Positions 26,578 to 36,487 of a DNA stretch of 48,508 bases are shown one piece after another. A model generated the notes under the pieces. The model was not told where the DNA came from, made no database searches, and saw nothing but the letters and a program-made list of their open reading frames with translations. The DNA is from Candidatus Woesearchaeota archaeon. GTDB lineage: Archaea; Nanobdellota; Nanobdellia; Pacearchaeales; GW2011-AR1. A program made the position numbers and the translations under genes. The DNA lies in the NCBI GenBank assembly GCA_964399015.1, contig CAYNOY010000001.1, positions 1-48,508 of the forward strand, read 5' to 3'. The stretch's first letter is position 1; every line of letters starts with the position of its first letter.

Positions 26578-28917
26578 ATGGGAGATAAATATAATGCTCA
26601 GGAGACTGAGGCTAAGATTAAGAAGTTTTGGGAGAAGAATAAGATTTACAAGTTTGATGCTAAAGCTCGATCGGGTAAACCTATTTTTAGTATAGACACG
26701 CCGCCGCCGTATCTTTCGGGTAAGATGCATATCGGGCATGCGTTTTCTTATTCGCAGCAGGATTTTATTGCAAGGTTTCAGAGAATGAGGAGTAATGTTT
26801 TTTATCCGTTTGGGACTGATGATAATGGGTTGCCTACGGAGAGATATGTTGAGAAAGAGAATAATCTTCGGAGTAAGAGTATGTCGCGGGCGGATTTTAT
26901 TAATTTATGTTTGAAGACTTTGAAGAAGATGACGCCAGATTTTATTGAGAGTTATAGGGATTTGGGTATAAGTTGTGATTATGATATTTATTATTCTACT
27001 ATTGATAAGGCGACGCAGAAGGTTTCGCAGAAGTCTTTTATTGATTTGTATGAGAAGGGCGAGATTTACAGGAAAGAGTTTCCGACTTTGTGGTGTCCTG
27101 ATTGTCAGACAACTATTGCTCAGGCAGAGTTGGAAGATAAGGGGGAAGCTAGTTTGTTTTCTACTTTGAGATTTAAAACTGGTGGGGATGATTTGTTAAT
27201 AGCTACTACGCGTCCTGAATTGTTGGGAGCGTGTGTTGCGGTATTTGTTAATCCTAAAGATAAAAGATATAAGGATTTGATTGGGAAGAAAGCTAAGGTT
27301 CCTTTGTTTGATTTTGAGGTTCCGATAATTGCTGATGATAGTGCAGATATGGAAAAGGGTACAGGGATTTTGATGGTTTGTTCTTATGGGGATAAGTATG
27401 ATGTTGAGGCGATTAATAGGCATAATTTGGAACCTAAGTTAATTGTTAATGCTGATGGAACTTTGAAGGTTGAAGGTTATGAGGGGTTGAGGATTAAGAA
27501 AGCTAGGGCGAAGATTTTGGAAGATTTGAAAGAGGCGGGGTTGATTGCTGAGCAGAAGGACATTAGTCATATTGTTAATACGCATGATAAGTGTGGGACT
27601 TGTATTGAGTTTATTACGACAGAGCAATGGTTTATCAAATTGTTGGATAAGAAGGCGCAGTTGATTAAGCAGGGTAAGAAAGTTAAGTGGTATCCTGAGT
27701 ATATGAGAAAGAGATATGAGAATTGGGTCGAGGGTCTTGAGTGGGATTGGTCGATTTCTCGTGAGAGGCATTTTGGAGTTCCGATACCGGTTTGGACTTG
27801 TGAGTGTGGTGAGGTTATTTTGCCTGATGAGAAAGAGTTGCCTGTGGATCCTTTGCAGACTAAGAAAAAATGTTTGAAGTGTGGTAAGGATGCTAAAGGT
27901 GAGGAGAAAGTTTTGGATACTTGGGCGACTTCGTCTATGACTCCGCAGATAACTTCTGCATTGGTTGATGAGAAAGTTAAGATTCCTTTTTCACTTCGCC
28001 CTCAAGCGCATGATATAATTAGGACTTGGGCGTTTTACACTATTGCTAAATCTTTTATGCATGAGAAGGAAATTCCTTGGAATGATATTATGGTTTCAGG
28101 TTATGTTACTATGGGTGGTGAAAAGATGTCGAAGTCAAAGGGTACTGGGATTCAGCCTGCGAAGTTGCTTGAAGAATATGGTGCTGATGCTTTAAGGTTT
28201 TGGGCGGCAGGTTCAAAGTTGGGTAATGATTTAGATTATCAGGAGAAAGATTTGGTTACTGGGAAAAAGTTTTTGACTAAATTGTATAATGCTTCTAGGT
28301 TTGTGTTTATGAATTTGGAAGGTTATGATGGGAAGAAGCCTAAGAAATTGGAAGAGATAGATCAGTTGTTTTTGAATAAGTTGAATGTTTTGGTTAAAGA
28401 TTGTACTGAGAATTTTGAGAGCTATGAGTATTCGAAAGTTAAGAATGATGTTGAGAGATTTTTTTGGAGCATGTATTGTGATAATTATTTGGAGATTGTT
28501 AAGAAGAGAATTTATAATGAGAGCGGGGACAAGAAGATTTCTGCGCAGTATACTTTGTATAAAAGTTTGCTTACTGTTTTGAAGTTGATTGCTCCGATTA
28601 TGCCTTTTGTTAGTGAAGAGATTTATTTGGAGAACTTTAAGAAATTAGAGGGGGTTGAGAGTATTCATATTAGTGAGTGGCCTTCGGTTGATAAGGTTGA
28701 GAAAGATGGTGGTGAGTTGGATGTTTTTGTGGATGTTTTGTCTAAGGTTCGACATGAGAAAAGTGTGAATCAGAAGTCTATGAAGGCAGAGATTATTTTG
28801 AGTTTGGGGAAGAAAGAGTCTGGGATTTTGAAGGAGTTGATGAAGGATTTGAAGGATGTTACGAATGCTGTTGAAGTGCGAGAGGGGAAGTTTAGTGTTG
28901 AGTTTACTGGGAATTAA
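26578..28917 (+). CDS. valS: Valyl-tRNA synthetase
   Basis: Class I motifs are present: PPPYLSGKMHIGHAF and KMSKSKG. The editing-domain pattern is TTRPELLGACVAVFVNPKDKRY and GTGILMVCSYGDKYDVE. The 779 aa length fits ValRS better than IleRS or LeuRS. Confidence 0.85.
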   Translation: MGDKYNAQETEAKIKKFWEKNKIYKFDAKARSGKPIFSIDTPPPYLSGKMHIGHAFSYSQQDFIARFQRMRSNVFYPFGTDDNGLPTERYVEKENNLRSKSMSRADFINLCLKTLKKMTPDFIESYRDLGISCDYDIYYSTIDKATQKVSQKSFIDLYEKGEIYRKEFPTLWCPDCQTTIAQAELEDKGEASLFSTLRFKTGGDDLLIATTRPELLGACVAVFVNPKDKRYKDLIGKKAKVPLFDFEVPIIADDSADMEKGTGILMVCSYGDKYDVEAINRHNLEPKLIVNADGTLKVEGYEGLRIKKARAKILEDLKEAGLIAEQKDISHIVNTHDKCGTCIEFITTEQWFIKLLDKKAQLIKQGKKVKWYPEYMRKRYENWVEGLEWDWSISRERHFGVPIPVWTCECGEVILPDEKELPVDPLQTKKKCLKCGKDAKGEEKVLDTWATSSMTPQITSALVDEKVKIPFSLRPQAHDIIRTWAFYTIAKSFMHEKEIPWNDIMVSGYVTMGGEKMSKSKGTGIQPAKLLEEYGADALRFWAAGSKLGNDLDYQEKDLVTGKKFLTKLYNASRFVFMNLEGYDGKKPKKLEEIDQLFLNKLNVLVKDCTENFESYEYSKVKNDVERFFWSMYCDNYLEIVKKRIYNESGDKKISAQYTLYKSLLTVLKLIAPIMPFVSEEIYLENFKKLEGVESIHISEWPSVDKVEKDGGELDVFVDVLSKVRHEKSVNQKSMKAEIILSLGKKESGILKELMKDLKDVTNAVEVREGKFSVEFTGN

Positions 28918-29165
28918 ATCTTGGGGCAGATTTTGTTTTTGAATTTTTTAAGATATTTATCAAATTGTTTTCCATCTAATAGGACTAATCCTAAAAGTAT
29001 GAGTAATATTCCTGGGAGCAAGGGGAGGAATAATCCGAAGATTCCTAGAATGATTAGGAAGATTCCTGCTATTTTTTTGAGAGTTGTTTTTATCATTGTT
29101 TTGGTTAAGTGGTTAGTGTTAATAATAGTTTTGTTTGATATGGAAACAATTAAAAACACCTTCAA
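28914..29165 (-). CDS. Small membrane protein (YbaN/PGPGW-like)
   Basis: IILGIFGLFLPLLPGILLILLGLVLL. Its 3' end overlaps the valS stop codon by 4 nt. Confidence 0.4.
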   Translation of the reverse strand: MKVFLIVSISNKTIINTNHLTKTMIKTTLKKIAGIFLIILGIFGLFLPLLPGILLILLGLVLLDGKQFDKYLKKFKNKICPKI

Positions 29166-29177
29166 CCATTCTTAAAT

Positions 29178-30272
29178 ATGGCAATGGATTCGAAAGAACG
29201 AGATAGATTGGCGGAATTTGTTGAGCGAATGAAAGATTATCGGGCTCGGCATACTGAACTTATTTCAGTTTTAGTGCCAGCGGGATTTGATATTAATTTG
29301 ATAACTAAACAGTTGGAGAGTGAGAGGTCGACTGCTTCTAATATAAAGTCAACTGGGACTCGTAAGAATGTTCAGGATGCTTTGGAATCTTTGATAAGGA
29401 TTTGTAAGGGTATGAGGAATGCACCTGCAAATGGGCTTGTGCTTTATTCTGGAAATGTTTCGAGTACTGAAGGACAGTCTGATTTTATTACTGAGCAATT
29501 TGAGCCTCCTGAAGAATTGGGTGCTCGGCTTTATCGATGTGATCAGACTTTTGTTGTTGAGCCTTTGGAAGAGATGTTGGAAGTTAAGGAGATTTATGGT
29601 TTGGTTGTTATTGATAGAAAAGAGGCGGCTATTGGTTTATTGATTGGAAAGAAGATAAAGTTGATTCAGCATTTTGATTCGTTTGTTCCAGGGAAGACAA
29701 CTAAAGGTGGGCAGTCTGCTGCTCGTTATGGTAGAATTAGAGATGGTTTAGCTAAGGAATTTTTTAGAAAGATTGCAGAAGAAGTTAAGATGGAGTTTTA
29801 TGGTTTGAAGAATTTGAAGGGGATTTTGGTTGGTGGGCCTGGGCCGACTAAGGAAGATTTTTTGAAAGAAGGAAATTTGATAACTGCATTGAGTGATTTA
29901 GTTTTGGGTGTGAAAGATATTGGTTATGCTGATGAGCATGGTTTGGAATTATTGGTTGAATGTTCAGATGATTTGTTGGCGGAGCAAGAGATTATTAAAG
30001 AGAAGAATCTTATGGAGAAGTTTTTTAATATGTTGGGTAAGGAAAAAGATAAGACTGCTTATGAGAAAGAGCCTGTTATGAAGGCTTTGGAGTATGGAGC
30101 TGTTGATAAGTTGTTACTTTCTAAGAAATTGAAAAAGTCTGAGATAAAGGAGTTTGAGACAAGGGCTAATGAGACCGGTGTTGATATTGAGATGGTTTCT
30201 GTAGAGACTGAGGAAGGTCAGCAGTTTTGGAATTTGAGTGGTATTGGTGCGATGTTGAGATTCAAGGTATGA
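29178..30272 (+). CDS. prf1: Peptide chain release factor aRF1
   Basis: The NIKS motif (ASNIKS) and the GGQ motif (TKGGQSAARY) are both present. Confidence 0.92.
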   Translation: MAMDSKERDRLAEFVERMKDYRARHTELISVLVPAGFDINLITKQLESERSTASNIKSTGTRKNVQDALESLIRICKGMRNAPANGLVLYSGNVSSTEGQSDFITEQFEPPEELGARLYRCDQTFVVEPLEEMLEVKEIYGLVVIDRKEAAIGLLIGKKIKLIQHFDSFVPGKTTKGGQSAARYGRIRDGLAKEFFRKIAEEVKMEFYGLKNLKGILVGGPGPTKEDFLKEGNLITALSDLVLGVKDIGYADEHGLELLVECSDDLLAEQEIIKEKNLMEKFFNMLGKEKDKTAYEKEPVMKALEYGAVDKLLLSKKLKKSEIKEFETRANETGVDIEMVSVETEEGQQFWNLSGIGAMLRFKV

Positions 30273-30334
30273 TGTTAGGGTTTTTGGAAGAATGGTTTTT
30301 GAAGATGTTTAGGTTTAAGGTTTGATTAGGGTGT

Positions 30335-30418
30335 ATTCCTCCTCCGCGAAAATCCGTTCCTTATGTCACTTTCCCATTTTCGCCCCGTTGTATATTATTA
30401 TGTTGTCAAGAATTTAAT
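30335..30418 (+). repeat. Family-1 structured intergenic element, copy 7
   Basis: The outer stem is GCGAAAAT:ATTTTCGC. The tail is ATGTTGTCAAGAATTTAAT. Confidence 0.8.
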
Positions 30419-30465
30419 TTGGTTATTTGGTTTCTTTAGGATTTGAATGGATTGGGTTCGAAACG

Positions 30466-30473
30466 TTTAAAAT
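30466..30473 (+). promoter_or_regulatory. TATA box (TTTAAAAT) for the scpB-like gene
   Basis: The box starts 29 nt upstream of the ATG at 30495, which supports that start over the TTG at 30477. Confidence 0.45.
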
Positions 30474-30494
30474 CTCTTGTCTATATGTATTGTT

Positions 30495-31286
30495 ATGACA
30501 GAGGATGATGCAGAGAGAAAAGTTTTGATTGCAGAGATCGTTGGTTCTGCACATAAGAATAGTTCTTCAGAAAATAATTCGGAAAGAGTTGAAGAGGTTG
30601 CAGAAGATATTGTTGAAGAGCTGAATGATGAATCTGGTGATGGCGAGGAATCTTCTCAGGAAATTATTGATGAGGTTGAAGAGAGTGATGAATCTGATAA
30701 TGAGGAATTATCTTTGCCTATTCAGCATTTGACTACTGAAACTGCGCAGGAATTGGATGAGACGAATGAGGTTGAGAGTTTGAAGAAGATTGAGGCTGCG
30801 CTTTTTTTGTCTGCGCGTTATCTTTCGTTGCAGGAGTTGTTGATGTTGACGGATATTAATCCTTTGATGTTGAAAGAGTTTTTGGTTAAGCTTACGAATA
30901 AGTATGCTCAGGATAGTTCTTCGATTGAGATTGTTAAGAAAGAAGGGATGTGGAAGATGGATGTTAAGGAAGAGTATGTTGGGTTGATTAATAAGTTAGC
31001 GACTGGGAATGCAGAGTTTAGTAAGGCAGAGCAAGAGACGCTTGCGGTGATTGCTTACAAACAGCCGGTTAAGCAATCTGTGGTGATAAATATTAGGGGG
31101 AATAAATCTTATGATCATATTAAGAATTTTATTAGTTTGGGATTGGTTAATGCTAAGAAGGTTGGACATACGCAAGAGTTGCATTTAAGTGATACTTTTT
31201 TTGAGTATTTTCATTTGGTTAAGAAAGGGAATAAGATGATTCTTGAGGAAGGTGGTGAAGGGGGAGAAGGGGTTGATGAAGGGTGA
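30495..31286 (+). CDS. scpB: ScpB-like segregation and condensation protein with acidic N-terminal extension
   Basis: IEAALFLSARYLSLQELLMLTD and ETLAVIAYKQPVKQSVVINIRG match the ScpB winged-helix repeats. Confidence 0.7.
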   Translation: MTEDDAERKVLIAEIVGSAHKNSSSENNSERVEEVAEDIVEELNDESGDGEESSQEIIDEVEESDESDNEELSLPIQHLTTETAQELDETNEVESLKKIEAALFLSARYLSLQELLMLTDINPLMLKEFLVKLTNKYAQDSSSIEIVKKEGMWKMDVKEEYVGLINKLATGNAEFSKAEQETLAVIAYKQPVKQSVVINIRGNKSYDHIKNFISLGLVNAKKVGHTQELHLSDTFFEYFHLVKKGNKMILEEGGEGGEGVDEG

Positions 31287-31367
31287 GGTTAGGGGATAGG
31301 TTTTGGTGGAGGTGTGTGGGGTGAGAGGGGGAAGGTGATGGGGAAAGTTAAGAAGACTACACAAATG

Positions 31368-31375
31368 TTTTAAAA
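31368..31375 (+). promoter_or_regulatory. TATA box (TTTTAAAA) for the GT2 gene
   Basis: The box starts 29 nt upstream of the ATG at 31397. Confidence 0.45.
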
Positions 31376-31396
31376 GAAAAATTTCTCTATTTTATA

Positions 31397-32626
31397 ATGG
31401 AATTCCTGCCTTATGTTTACCTGACATATATGTTTATATCATTGTGTATGCTGTCATTTTTCTTGTTGATTTATTTTAGGAATCGGTATGATTTATTTAA
31501 AAATCCTGAGCCTGAGAGGGAATATGAAATTTCGTTTTTGGTTCCAGCATATAATGAACAGGAAACTTTAGCAGATACGATAGAACACATATTTAATGTA
31601 GGTTATAAAAAGATTAAAGAAGTTATTATTATAAATGATAAAAGTTCTGATGATACGCTTAAGATTGCTAGAGTGCTTAAGAAAAAATATCCTAAGATAA
31701 TTATTTTGGATAATAAGAAAAATTTGGGAAAAGCTGGGGGATTGAATCGAGGATTGAGTATTGCTAGTGGAGAGTTGATTGCAGTTGTTGATGCAGATTC
31801 GTATCCTGAAAAGGGTTCTATTGGTAAGATGATTGGTTATTTTAATGACCCTAAGGTTGGAGCTGTGACTTGTCCAGTGGTCGTTAGAAATAGAAATAAG
31901 TTTTTTGAGAAGCTTCAGGCAATTGAATATAAGGCGATTGCTGTTTCAAGGAAATTTTTGGATTATGTGGATGCGATTTATGTAACTCCTGGGCCTTTGG
32001 CACTTTATAGAAAAACTGCCTTAGATGATATTGATGGGTTTGATGCAAATAATCTTACTGAAGATATTGAGGCAACTTGGCATTTAACTGATGCAGGATG
32101 GGAGAGGCGAATGTCTTTGTCCGCCCAGGTTTCAAGCACTGTTCCAAATAAATTAAAATCTTGGTTTGTTCAAAGAAGGAGATGGAATATTGGGGGTTTG
32201 CAATGCCTTTACAAATATAGGCATTCTTTAAGAAAAAAGGGGATGCTTGGATGGTTTATAATGCCTTTTTTTATTATTAATACCTTTTTAGGATTATTTG
32301 GTTTGAGTATTTTCTTTTATCTTTTGGTAACTCGAATTATTTCTAATTTTTTAAGAACTAGATATTCGATAATTGCTGAAACTCCAATTTTAACTTTAAA
32401 TGAACTTTATATAACTCCGAGCATATTGAATTATTTGGGGATTGTTTTATTTGTTATGGGTTTTATTTTTACGATATTGATTCTTTCTATATTGAATGAG
32501 AAGATTTGGAGAAGAGAAAATATACTAAACATACCTTTTTATATGACTATTTATCTTATACTTTATCCATTTATTATGATAAGCGCGATATGGCACACGA
32601 TTAAAGGAAAGAGGACTTGGAGATAA
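31397..32626 (+). CDS. Family 2 glycosyltransferase, processive synthase type (PgaC/NodC/chitin-synthase-like)
   Basis: FLVPAYNE, VVDADS (DxD) and QRRRW motifs are present. Transmembrane helices flank the catalytic domain. Confidence 0.8.
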   Translation: MEFLPYVYLTYMFISLCMLSFFLLIYFRNRYDLFKNPEPEREYEISFLVPAYNEQETLADTIEHIFNVGYKKIKEVIIINDKSSDDTLKIARVLKKKYPKIIILDNKKNLGKAGGLNRGLSIASGELIAVVDADSYPEKGSIGKMIGYFNDPKVGAVTCPVVVRNRNKFFEKLQAIEYKAIAVSRKFLDYVDAIYVTPGPLALYRKTALDDIDGFDANNLTEDIEATWHLTDAGWERRMSLSAQVSSTVPNKLKSWFVQRRRWNIGGLQCLYKYRHSLRKKGMLGWFIMPFFIINTFLGLFGLSIFFYLLVTRIISNFLRTRYSIIAETPILTLNELYITPSILNYLGIVLFVMGFIFTILILSILNEKIWRRENILNIPFYMTIYLILYPFIMISAIWHTIKGKRTWR

Positions 32627-32630
32627 TCAA

Positions 32631-33320
32631 ATGTTAGAATCACAGAAACACGTATTTTGGCAAGCATTATTAGTGGCAATTTTTATATTTGGTGTGGGAA
32701 TTGTTTTGGGAATTGTTTTAGAAAATTGGAGAACTAGTAAAATTAGTAATCTTGCAGACCTTTCTCAAATAGACCTTTTAGATATTCAGTTACAAAACGA
32801 AATATATTCTACAGATGATTTTAATTGTGAATCTGCGGTAAGGGAAAATATAAATTTTGCAGAGAGAATTTATGAAGAAGCTAAGGTGCTTGATAGATAT
32901 GAAAAGGCAAGTAGATTAACAAGGGATTTGAAAATTCAGCATAAGAAATATGATCTTTTGAGGGCGATGTTATTAATTAATTCTATAAAAATAAGGGAGA
33001 CTTGTGATGATCCTTATCAGGAGATAGTTTATTTTTATAAGTATAATGAACCAGATATGGAAACTAAGGCGAGGCAAAATGTGTTTTCAAAAATGCTTAT
33101 GGAAGTTAAAGAAGAAAAAGGTGCGGAGCTTTTGTTAATTCCTATTGCAGGAGATAATGATCTTTCTTCGGTGAATTTAATTTTGGATAGTTATGGAATT
33201 GCTCTTACAGAGTTGCCGGTGATTTTAATAAATGGTAAAAAAAAGATAACTGAAGTTCAAAGTGTTGATGAGATTTTGGGTTATTTGGATGTGAATGATG
33301 CAGATGTTATTCGGTTGTGA
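32631..33320 (+). CDS. Membrane-anchored hypothetical protein, co-transcribed with the GT2 gene
   Basis: Separated from the GT2 gene by a 4-nt gap. It has one N-terminal transmembrane helix. Confidence 0.45.
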   Translation: MLESQKHVFWQALLVAIFIFGVGIVLGIVLENWRTSKISNLADLSQIDLLDIQLQNEIYSTDDFNCESAVRENINFAERIYEEAKVLDRYEKASRLTRDLKIQHKKYDLLRAMLLINSIKIRETCDDPYQEIVYFYKYNEPDMETKARQNVFSKMLMEVKEEKGAELLLIPIAGDNDLSSVNLILDSYGIALTELPVILINGKKKITEVQSVDEILGYLDVNDADVIRL

Positions 33321-33390
33321 AACCTATACACCTGAATATATATCTTAACAAAACAAATAACAATAAAAAGGAATTTTTCTACACTTGACT

Positions 33391-34944
33391 ATGGAACGAT
33401 GTGCAAGATGTGATGTTCGTGAAGATGAGATAAGACTTTTTGATGCGATTTATGAAGGGCAGATGGCTTGTCTTTGTGAGCGATGTTCTATAATTGAGAA
33501 TATACCTATAATTAAGAAACCGAATGTTAATCAGTTGAAAGAGGCGGAGATGTTGACTAATGTTAATAAGAGGATGAAGAATCTTGCGGGAGTGGGTGAG
33601 GAGAAAACTGAGGCGACTTTTTTTAAGAAGGACGAGTTGAATTTGTTGGAGAAGAATCCTGAGAGGGAGTTGCCGGAGGAGCATCAGTTGAATTTGGTTG
33701 AGCATTTTCATTGGATAATTATGAAGCATCGTCGGAGTAGAGGATTGTCTCCAGGACAGCTTGCAGGTTTGATTGGAGAGTCTGAAATAGCTATTCAGAT
33801 GATTGAGAAGAATAAGCTTCCAGAGAATGCGGAGATTTTGGTTAAGAAGTTGGAGCAATTGTTTCAGATTAAGTTGAGGAAGATAAGTGATATGGAAAAG
33901 TATTTGGAAGAGCGAGAGGAGGAGCCTGTACTTTTAGATGAAGATGGAAGAGAGATAGGGAGGATTCCAGAGCCCGAACCTGTGATTGTTGAAGATGTTG
34001 TAGAGGTTGAAGATCCTAACGAATTAGATTCTTATGAGGAGAGTAAAGAGTTGGATAGGTTGAGAGGTTTGGAAGATGATACTGAAGAGCATTCTGATTA
34101 TTTTGATTATACAAAGTATTTTCCTGTTGTGAAGAAGAAGGCTGAAGAAGTTTCTAGGGAGGTTGCTGATAGAAGGGTTGCTGAGGTAGCTGAAGTTCCT
34201 GAAGAAAAATATTTGTCTAAGCAAAATGTAAAACCTGAAAGGAGTTCTTATTTTGGGAAGAAGGTTGTGGTTGAAGAATCTGGGAGGGGTGTTGAAGGGG
34301 TTAGAGGAGGTTCAGGAGAGATTGGTGGAGTTGATGTGAGAGCTATTTCAAATGGTGTTGCTGTTGGTTCAGGAGGTCCTAGGCCTCAGGTTAAGAGACA
34401 TCAGTTTGTTTATCCTAAACGTAAGCCTGCGGTTTCTGAAGAGTCTGTGCAAGTTAGGCCAAGGGTTCAACCTGCGAGAGTTCAACAGGTTGAGAGATCT
34501 GAGTATCCAGAAAAACCTCCTGCAGAGCATCCGCCGGATGTTGATTTGAGGAGTGAAGATTTGAGGAAAATGACTATTGATCAAATGAGGCATATTCATC
34601 GGAAGAAGGTTGAGGTTACGAAGCAGGAGCAGATGGAAGAGCAGATGAAGATTGAAGAGAGACAGAGAATTTTGGAGGCTTTGAGGGAGAGAGATAGAAT
34701 GAAGCAAGAACAGAAGAAGAGACAGGAGCAAGAGGCTTTGCAGAAAGTTGAAGATGCTAAACAAAGAGTTATGGCTGAGAGGAGACAGAAGGTTGAAGGT
34801 ATGCGAAGAAAATCTGCAGATGATATTGATCAATATTTGGGAGGTTCTGAGTTGTTGTCAGGTTCTAAGGGAGTTGGTGGTGAGAAGGCTAAGGTGATTG
34901 ATGATGGAGATTCTGTTGAAGAGTTTGATAAGGAGCTAGTTTAG
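33391..34944 (+). CDS. Zinc-ribbon + HTH (XRE/MBF1-like) protein with long charged low-complexity tail
   Basis: The zinc ribbon is CARC...CERC. It is followed by GLSPGQLAGLIGESEIAIQMIEKNK (HTH). About 350 aa of E/K/R/V-rich sequence follow. The ORF opens with TTG at 33385; the ATG is at 33391. Confidence 0.5.
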   Translation: MERCARCDVREDEIRLFDAIYEGQMACLCERCSIIENIPIIKKPNVNQLKEAEMLTNVNKRMKNLAGVGEEKTEATFFKKDELNLLEKNPERELPEEHQLNLVEHFHWIIMKHRRSRGLSPGQLAGLIGESEIAIQMIEKNKLPENAEILVKKLEQLFQIKLRKISDMEKYLEEREEEPVLLDEDGREIGRIPEPEPVIVEDVVEVEDPNELDSYEESKELDRLRGLEDDTEEHSDYFDYTKYFPVVKKKAEEVSREVADRRVAEVAEVPEEKYLSKQNVKPERSSYFGKKVVVEESGRGVEGVRGGSGEIGGVDVRAISNGVAVGSGGPRPQVKRHQFVYPKRKPAVSEESVQVRPRVQPARVQQVERSEYPEKPPAEHPPDVDLRSEDLRKMTIDQMRHIHRKKVEVTKQEQMEEQMKIEERQRILEALRERDRMKQEQKKRQEQEALQKVEDAKQRVMAERRQKVEGMRRKSADDIDQYLGGSELLSGSKGVGGEKAKVIDDGDSVEEFDKELV

Positions 34945-34968
34945 ATAGATTTTGTGGATTCAAAAGAC

Positions 34969-34976
34969 TTTTAAAC
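34969..34976 (+). promoter_or_regulatory. TATA box (TTTTAAAC) for rpoL
   Basis: The box starts 28 nt upstream of the ATG at 34997. Confidence 0.45.
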
Positions 34977-34996
34977 CCTCATTTTCTTTAAATTCT

Positions 34997-35260
34997 ATGA
35001 ATATTAATATTATTAAAGATGATAAGAATGAACTTGAAGTGAATTTAGATAATCAGACGATTGTTGAGATTGTTCGTGTTTATTTGAATAAGGACCCTGC
35101 TGTTAAGTTGGGTGCTTGGAAGAAAGAGCATTATTCTAGACCTTTGACTTTGAAGATAGTTAGTGAAGGAAAGGCTCCGAAGAAAGCCTTGCAAGATGCG
35201 ATTGCTTTGGCTCAAAAAGATTTGAAGAAGTATGGCGATGAGTTCAGTAAGGCTAAGTGA
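34997..35260 (+). CDS. rpoL: DNA-directed RNA polymerase subunit L (Rpo11)
   Basis: MNINIIKDDKNELEVNLDNQTIVEIVRVYLNKDPAVKLGAWKKEH follows the RpoL pattern. The start is chosen from the TATA spacing; the ORF-track TTG at 34952 is rejected. Confidence 0.7.
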   Translation: MNINIIKDDKNELEVNLDNQTIVEIVRVYLNKDPAVKLGAWKKEHYSRPLTLKIVSEGKAPKKALQDAIALAQKDLKKYGDEFSKAK

Positions 35261-35272
35261 TTTTTGAGAGAT

Positions 35273-35356
35273 AGTTCGCTTCGCGAAGATTTTATTTTAT
35301 GTCAATTTGGGAGGGCGTAGCCCAACCCAAATTTCTAATTTTATTAATAGTGTTGT
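35273..35356 (+). repeat. Family-2 two-hairpin element, copy B
   Basis: Hairpin 1 is TTCGC:GCGAA. It is followed by TTTTATTTTATGTCA. Hairpin 2 is ATTTGGG..CCCAAAT. The element ends TTCTAATTTTATTAATAGTGTTG. It starts 13 nt after the rpoL stop codon. Confidence 0.75.
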
Positions 35357-35547
35357 AATTTTATTCTAGATGGTTATTTTGTTTCTTATTTTTAGTTAAG
35401 AAGTTTTTATATCTTGAAAATTTACGAGTTACTTTAAGTTTAGTGAAGCACCTTGACGAAGTCTGGTGCGAGAACGTTGCAGTCTTTGTATGATGAATAA
35501 TTGTTTATTACAATAATCCTTATAACTTAATTATTGTTTAGTTAATT

Positions 35548-36324
35548 ATGCAACCATCTAAACAAGGGACACATCCAATAGAACTTAGTGCGACATCGCA
35601 GGAAAAGGTTTTGACTGGAAGTAGGGATGTTAATAATTTTTTGAATGGTGGGTATGAGAGAGGTATTGTGACTTTGTTTTATGGGCCTGCAGCTTCTGGG
35701 AAATCTAATTTTGTTACGTTGGCTGCTTGTCATCAGGCTAAAAAGAATGAGAAGATAATTTTTATAGATACTGAGGGGAGTTTTTCTGTTGATAGGATTA
35801 GTCAGATGTCTGGGGGTTTGCCGGAATATATTTTGAAGAATATTATTATTTTGAAGCCTACGAATTTTCGGGAGCAGAAGGATTCTTTTTTGAAGTTGTT
35901 GAAGGAATTGAGGACTTCGAAGAATGTGGGTTTGATTGTTGTGGATAGTTTGACTATGCTTTATCGGTTGGAGTTGGCTGATGCTCGGAAAAGAGGATTG
36001 GAACAGTTGCAGAGAGTTAATAGTGATTTGGCTAAACAGATGAAGGCACTTTATGAGATTGCTCGTAAAAGAGATATTCCTGTTTTGATTACTTCGCAGA
36101 TTTATTCGGGTTATCTTTCTGAAGAAGATTGGATTGCAGGTAAGGAAGCTCAGGCGAATTTGGTTGGTGGAGATATTTTGAAGTATTGGAGTAAATGTAT
36201 AATTGAGTTAAAGAATCGTGGTGGGAAGAAGCAGGCTTTGATTCGTAAACATCGGTCTTTGCCGGAGAAGGTTTTGAATTTTGAAATTGTTAATGAAGGG
36301 ATTCAGAAGCGGGGGTGGTTGTGA
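35548..36324 (+). CDS. radB: RadB-like RecA-superfamily ATPase
   Basis: The Walker A motif is YGPAASGKSN and the Walker B motif is LIVVDSL. The 258 aa size and the N-terminus LTGSRDVNNFLNGGYERG fit RadB. Confidence 0.7.
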   Translation: MQPSKQGTHPIELSATSQEKVLTGSRDVNNFLNGGYERGIVTLFYGPAASGKSNFVTLAACHQAKKNEKIIFIDTEGSFSVDRISQMSGGLPEYILKNIIILKPTNFREQKDSFLKLLKELRTSKNVGLIVVDSLTMLYRLELADARKRGLEQLQRVNSDLAKQMKALYEIARKRDIPVLITSQIYSGYLSEEDWIAGKEAQANLVGGDILKYWSKCIIELKNRGGKKQALIRKHRSLPEKVLNFEIVNEGIQKRGWL

Positions 36325-36356
36325 TGAAGGGTGTTGTAAATTTTATTTTGGGTTGT

Positions 36357-36435
36357 ATTTCCTCCTCCGCGAAAGGCCGGCTTACGCCTTTCCCCTTTCG
36401 CTCCGGGCATATTGATAGGTTATCAAGAATTTAAT
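36357..36435 (+). repeat. Family-1 structured intergenic element, copy 8
   Basis: Outer stem GCGAAAGG:CCTTTCGC and inner stem GGC-TTAC-GCC. The tail is GGTTATCAAGAATTTAAT. Confidence 0.8.
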
Positions 36436-36487
36436 AAAGAGGTTTAGTCACATAATATTTAAATAGTTTCTTTGGGTTGAATATTCT

